NCBI GenBank assembly: GCA_964010765.1
Contig: CAXGMD010000002.1
Location: 41,060 to 105,059 of the forward strand
From: an uncultured bacterium
Lineage (GTDB): Bacteria > SAR324 > NAC60-12
Length of the DNA stretch: 64,000 bases
Direction of reading: 5' to 3'
Position numbers and translations under genes: made by a program
Shown here: positions 59,260 to 64,000 of the stretch, one piece after another
Layout of the letters: every line of letters starts with the position of its first letter
Position numbering within the stretch: the stretch's first letter is position 1
Notes under the pieces: generated by a model
The model's input: the letters and a program-made list of their open reading frames with translations, nothing else
Told to the model about the DNA's origin: nothing
Databases searched by the model: none

Positions 59260-60758
59260 TCTGACTCAGATAAATTCTCTAAGAAATCAATGAGAAGTCT
59301 TACCCCAGACCCACTTGCACTATTTGCTGGATGATAATCAATTCCCTTTACCCCCCATGCAGTTCCTGCAATATCTAGATGTACCCAGGGGACATCATTA
59401 ACGAATTCTTGAAGAAAAACTCCAGCAGTAACAGTACCTGCTTCACCTGGGGGACCAATATTTTGAAGATCCGCATGCTTTCCTTTGATCAACTCACCGT
59501 ATTCAGGATAACTGGGTAACTGCCAAACACGATCACCAGTTCTTTCACCAGCTTCTATAATAGATTCGCAAAGTTTTTGATCGTTTGTGATGGCTCCGAT
59601 ACTTAAATGCCCAAGTGCAACAATACAAGCTCCGGTCAAAGTTGCCAAATCGATCATACAATCTGGCTTGTAATGATCTGCAGTATAACTGAGAGCATCA
59701 CCAAGTACCAGCCGACCCTCTGCATCGGTATTTAAAATCTCAACGGTCTTACCGTTATATGCTTTAACGATATCCCCTGGTTTTTGAGCTTTTCCGTCGG
59801 GCATATTTTCTGCTGCAGCCAACACACCGATCACATTGATGGGTAATTCTAATTCAACAATGGCTTTCATTGTTCCAAGGACAGCTCCTGCACCACACAT
59901 ATCGAATTTCATCTCTTCCATCCCCTTACCAGGCTTAAGAGAAATTCCACCAGTGTCGAACGTAATACCTTTACCAACTAAAGCAACAGTATGCTTAGCT
60001 TTTACAGGGAAATACTCTAGAAAGACCATACGACCAGGAACTTCAGATCCTTTGGAAACCCCAAGAAACATTTCCATTCCAAGTTCTGACATTTTCTGTT
60101 CATCAAAAAAACTGAAATTTAGTTTTCCATCCGAAGCTTCGGCTAAATCTTGTGCAACTTGCCTAAGATCATCGGGAGTCAGATCATTGGGAGCTGTATT
60201 ACCAAGATCTCTTGTGAAATTGGTTCCTCGCGCAATGCTGACACCTCTCTCTATGGAATCTTGTGAAGAAGTTTGAAAAGGATCGAAGATGGTTACGTTC
60301 ATTTGTGAAGAACGTAAATCATCCGAATCACTCGTTTTATATTTTTTAAATTGATAGCTTCCCAAAGAAAGAGCTTCCGCAACCAATTTCCCAGATTCAA
60401 AGCTTTCAGGTAAATTTTTCGATATGAGTACAGTGAGCGAATCAATTTTAGTATCCATTACACTACGAATAGCTTTGGCACAAATTCTTCGAAGTTTTTC
60501 TGGAGTCAAATCTTTTATTTCACCCAGTCCACTCATGTGAACCATTCTTGGTTTACTGGAGGGAACCGCAAAAGTTTTTTGCACGTTATAATTCCCAAGA
60601 AATAATTCGCTACTAATCCCTAGTTCAATAGAACCAGAGATTTCTTCGGATAAGTCATGTTGACGTGCGAAATTTCCTAGATCATCAGATGATACAAAAA
60701 TCATTAGTCCATCTGTCTCAATATTTCCAGCGGATCGATAATCGAAGTTCAATGGCAT
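59256..60758 (-). CDS. pepA: Leucyl aminopeptidase (M17)
   Basis: VGKGITFDTGG, MKFDMCGA, NTDAEGRL, DLATLTGA, HLDIAGT. Confidence 0.95.
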   Translation of the reverse strand: MPLNFDYRSAGNIETDGLMIFVSSDDLGNFARQHDLSEEISGSIELGISSELFLGNYNVQKTFAVPSSKPRMVHMSGLGEIKDLTPEKLRRICAKAIRSVMDTKIDSLTVLISKNLPESFESGKLVAEALSLGSYQFKKYKTSDSDDLRSSQMNVTIFDPFQTSSQDSIERGVSIARGTNFTRDLGNTAPNDLTPDDLRQVAQDLAEASDGKLNFSFFDEQKMSELGMEMFLGVSKGSEVPGRMVFLEYFPVKAKHTVALVGKGITFDTGGISLKPGKGMEEMKFDMCGAGAVLGTMKAIVELELPINVIGVLAAAENMPDGKAQKPGDIVKAYNGKTVEILNTDAEGRLVLGDALSYTADHYKPDCMIDLATLTGACIVALGHLSIGAITNDQKLCESIIEAGERTGDRVWQLPSYPEYGELIKGKHADLQNIGPPGEAGTVTAGVFLQEFVNDVPWVHLDIAGTAWGVKGIDYHPANSASGSGVRLLIDFLENLSESE

Positions 60759-61093
60759 AAAAATCCTAGTTTAAGTTTTGAATCTCAATAGTATGAAGGT
60801 TCATGAATTCAAATCAAGTCACAGACTGAGCTTTGTCTTCATCGACAATAATTCTTCTGTATAATAATGACTGTTTCTTTCAATTTTCTGACTAACTCTT
60901 TTAGATGCTCAAATCTTTTAAGAAGAAGGGTTTTGAAATTGACGACCAATTCATCAAAAATCAAATAAAATCCCCCCAGAAGGAGATTTGAGAATCCATT
61001 AGTTTTTTCAGAATTAATAAATTTATAGTTTATTAGACAAAATAAGGGTCACAAGCTGATAATTTTATTTAAAAACCAGATAATATATAAGTT

Positions 61094-61130
61094 CGATAAT
61101 GTCAGATATAGAACATATCTGACATTATCG
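61094..61130. repeat. Perfect 16-bp inverted repeat with 5-nt spacer
   Basis: CGATAATGTCAGATAT-AGAAC-ATATCTGACATTATCG. Confidence 0.8.
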
Positions 61131-61205
61131 TAAAATATTTTTAAAATTACTAAAGAATATCAGATACTTAATAATTTGGGATAACCAACATTATCTTTTC
61201 TTAAC

Positions 61206-61898
61206 TCAGGATGCTGATTTGCATTTTGGAGAGTAGACTGTTCTAAGTCTTTCACGGGTTAAAAGATCGATTTGTTTATCTGTTCCAACAATTTGCATAT
61301 ATTCTACGATTCGATCCAATTCCATCTGTAAATTCATCACCCGTTGAAGATCTTCCTCTTCTCTCAGTGTTATTCTGCAAAGTTCAGATTCCAATTCTAT
61401 AATTCTGGGATTCCAGAAACGACTAAAATCGGAATCAGCCGTGATATATTCATACTGGTTATTTTGTTTCAACAAAATCAACTTACCATCTCTTAGTGGG
61501 AACAACTGTTCATTTGCACTATACAATTGATAAGTACTATCAGGTCTCAACATCAGAGTAAGACCATTTGGCATCAAAATCGATTCCCCTTCAAAATACC
61601 CATAACTCTGATCACTTTGGAGCATCAGTATTCTTCCATCTTGTAGTCTGATGTTTCTTTGACCAGTTTCAGTAAATTCATAGGTACCATCGATCTTTAG
61701 TTGTACCCTTCTACCATCTTCAAGATCGAATTCCTCTTCCCGGTTCTGAAACTGAAAAGTTCGATTTTCCTGATTAAGAATTAAGTAGGCACCTTCGTCG
61801 AGGGTTAGTGCATCAGCTGATTTTGACAAAAAGCCGAATAGCAGAGGTATGCTTAGCAAAAATCTGCTACAGTATTTCAAAATTTTCTGTGATTTCAT
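61206..61898 (-). CDS. Hypothetical secreted protein with four beta-hairpin-like repeats
   Basis: Signal peptide ending SADA; repeats L.DG+...L..D.TY.(F/Y). Confidence 0.7.
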   Translation of the reverse strand: MKSQKILKYCSRFLLSIPLLFGFLSKSADALTLDEGAYLILNQENRTFQFQNREEEFDLEDGRRVQLKIDGTYEFTETGQRNIRLQDGRILMLQSDQSYGYFEGESILMPNGLTLMLRPDSTYQLYSANEQLFPLRDGKLILLKQNNQYEYITADSDFSRFWNPRIIELESELCRITLREEEDLQRVMNLQMELDRIVEYMQIVGTDKQIDLLTRERLRTVYSPKCKSAS

Positions 61899-61938
61899 TA
61901 TATGATCTCAAATTTCTTAATAATTTCGGTGGATTAGT

Positions 61939-62607
61939 ATGAGTCAAAATTCTAATTTTCAAATTGTTGCAGATCTCAATGATCAACAATTGATTGCTTA
62001 TACTTCTAAGCAGTTGATCGCCGTTGATACAGAATTGCACGGCTTAAAGATGAATCGAGATAATATTTGCCTTATTCAACTAGGAGATGATGCAAGGAAT
62101 GTTACTCTGATCAGACCAAATCTTGAAAGACCGCCAAAAAATCTAAAAATACTTCTTGAAGATCCTTCCGTTCGGAAGCTCTTCCATTTTGCGTTGACTG
62201 ATGTAGCTTTCTTTGCAACATCCATTGGAATTGTTGTTGAAAATTTCCGATGTACTAAAGTAATGAGCAAAATTGTCCGAACATATACAGACAGCCATGG
62301 ATTAAAAAATCTATGTGAGGAGCTGCTAGGGATTGAACTCTCTAAACAACAGCAGCAAACAAATTGGGCTTCACCAGATCTTACACAGAAACAACTAGAA
62401 TATGCAGCTAGTGATGTTTACTACCTAATTGAGATCTATTATCAATTGGAAAAAATGATGACCTATCGTCCACCGCTGCCTTCAGGGAAGAGCATCGATG
62501 AAATCAATGAGATAGCTCAGAAAATCTTACCAGGGTTGGTTCAGATTCTTATCCATGGTTATGGTGATCGTGATCAAGGTTGGGAGACTAGTTTGTTTGC
62601 TCATTAA
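61939..62607 (+). CDS. DEDDy 3'-5' exonuclease (short RNase D / nanoRNase NrnC-like)
   Basis: AVDTE, CLIQL, FHFA.TD, CTK..SK..RTYTD.HGL, SKQQQ..NW, YAASDV. Confidence 0.85.
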   Translation: MSQNSNFQIVADLNDQQLIAYTSKQLIAVDTELHGLKMNRDNICLIQLGDDARNVTLIRPNLERPPKNLKILLEDPSVRKLFHFALTDVAFFATSIGIVVENFRCTKVMSKIVRTYTDSHGLKNLCEELLGIELSKQQQQTNWASPDLTQKQLEYAASDVYYLIEIYYQLEKMMTYRPPLPSGKSIDEINEIAQKILPGLVQILIHGYGDRDQGWETSLFAH

Positions 62608-63515
62608 CGATTTCTAGTATGGGACTCAGAAAACTTCCTCTTGAGCTCTTCGTAATCAGAATCAATTAATGATTGGAATCTATGAATCTTCTTTAAGTTT
62701 CTTAGTTTTTGAACCGATCGAATATCAGCACCATTATTTTGGAATTGTTGAGTAGCAATCTCTCTGAGCTTTTTTAAATCTAAGCCAATTGGCTTCAGTT
62801 GTTTCCTGATAATTATTCTAAGCTGATTAAGGTTAATTTGTTTATTATGATTATTTAACCAGAAACTTTCTCTTTCATCTAATTTGGGTAAATGATTCTT
62901 GTATTGTTCTAACCTGTCATTATTTATTCCTAAGTGAGGAACCTCTTTAATTTCTGAGTACATTTTAATTTCTAAGAGATCATTTTCATTTAAATTTACT
63001 TCCTGAATACGTGCTAATTGACTTGTTTTCCAAACTGTCGAATAAGCCAATTCAAGTAAAATTCTATCTCTTAGCTCAAAAGGATCTCCTGAACACGGTG
63101 AATTAATAAGGCTATTTATTTTGTCAGGCGAGGCATCATTTCTCTTGATGAATTCATTATTGTTCAGTAGATCACGAAATTTATAGTTTTGCAGGGGGTT
63201 CTTGTCAGTAAGACTTCCTGTATTCAAGAAACGGAAGAATGATCGGAGTGATTTCTCATAGGAAGCATACGTCGCATCCTTCCAGTTTCGCTTTTTGGAA
63301 TAATTTTCAAGGAATATTTGTACGATTCGTCCTGAAAGATCATTCAAGGTCCAATTATTTCTAAGATACAGCTTCTCAGAATTATTCATGACATATGTAA
63401 TAAACTGTTCTGCTATTGTCTTATAAAGCTGACATGTTTCATACGTTAGCCTTTTTTCATGTTGCAGATACCACTGATATTCCAGCTGGATTTGCTCTAA
63501 TTTTTCAACATTCAT
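62604..63515 (-). CDS. XerC/XerD-like tyrosine recombinase homologue lacking most catalytic residues
   Basis: SLRSFFRFL...NP, LRDRILLELAYST, NGADIRSVQKL and C-terminal H.R match the Xer layout; active-site positions substituted. Confidence 0.8.
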   Translation of the reverse strand: MNVEKLEQIQLEYQWYLQHEKRLTYETCQLYKTIAEQFITYVMNNSEKLYLRNNWTLNDLSGRIVQIFLENYSKKRNWKDATYASYEKSLRSFFRFLNTGSLTDKNPLQNYKFRDLLNNNEFIKRNDASPDKINSLINSPCSGDPFELRDRILLELAYSTVWKTSQLARIQEVNLNENDLLEIKMYSEIKEVPHLGINNDRLEQYKNHLPKLDERESFWLNNHNKQINLNQLRIIIRKQLKPIGLDLKKLREIATQQFQNNGADIRSVQKLRNLKKIHRFQSLIDSDYEELKRKFSESHTRNR

Positions 63516-63518
63516 TAA

Positions 63519-63866
<348 letters not shown>

Positions 63867-64000
63867 ATTCTTTACTCCTTTTGATTTTCATTTGATTACA
63901 TGAACAGAAACTTAATAAAGATTGTTCATGTAATCATTTTTAATATATTAATAAAACATAATAATATGTTTTAAAAATTTTTGTTTTAATTAGCACATAA

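Noticed and set aside
60760..61080. Small gene upstream of pepA
   Set aside because: Short frames without a convincing start or homology
62604..63515. Integrase marking a prophage or island boundary
   Set aside because: Flanked by core genes, no tRNA or att repeats seen, catalytic residues missing

Overview
Bacterial chromosomal window with no rRNA, tRNA, CRISPR array or transposase recognised. The gene content would fit a marine heterotroph such as SAR324, but that is an unverified guess. 1-40 kb is a dense catabolic and transport region. It holds two paralogous acetoin-dehydrogenase-like operons (E1alpha, E1beta, lipoyl/alpha-beta-hydrolase), one flanked by DhaK/DhaL and an FGGY kinase and the other driven by an AcoR-type sigma54 activator. 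It also holds three ABC importers, a CusRS/CopRS-like two-component system with a tandem Spy/CpxP lipoprotein, and sugar-acid catabolic enzymes. 40-43 kb has an orphan ParA with a non-ParB partner, then sseA. 43-55 kb is an atypical PUFA-synthase-like (pfa) PKS cluster. Its pfaA is split by a -1 frameshift at an A9 run, has only two ACPs and is preceded by a stop/start-coupled 8-codon leader. A His-containing cytochrome-b-like membrane gene sits where pfaB usually is, and no pfaD/pfaE lies in the cluster. 55-64 kb is AT-richer: an orphan response regulator, an internally deleted malic enzyme, a frameshifted SoxW-like thioredoxin, fmt, pepA, an RNase D/NrnC-like nuclease, a full-length but apparently catalytically dead XerC-like protein, and glnB. 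Best candidates for novel biology are the recoded pfa-like system, the sugar-linked aco-like complex and the pseudo-recombinase. All calls come from motif recognition by eye; no database searches were run.
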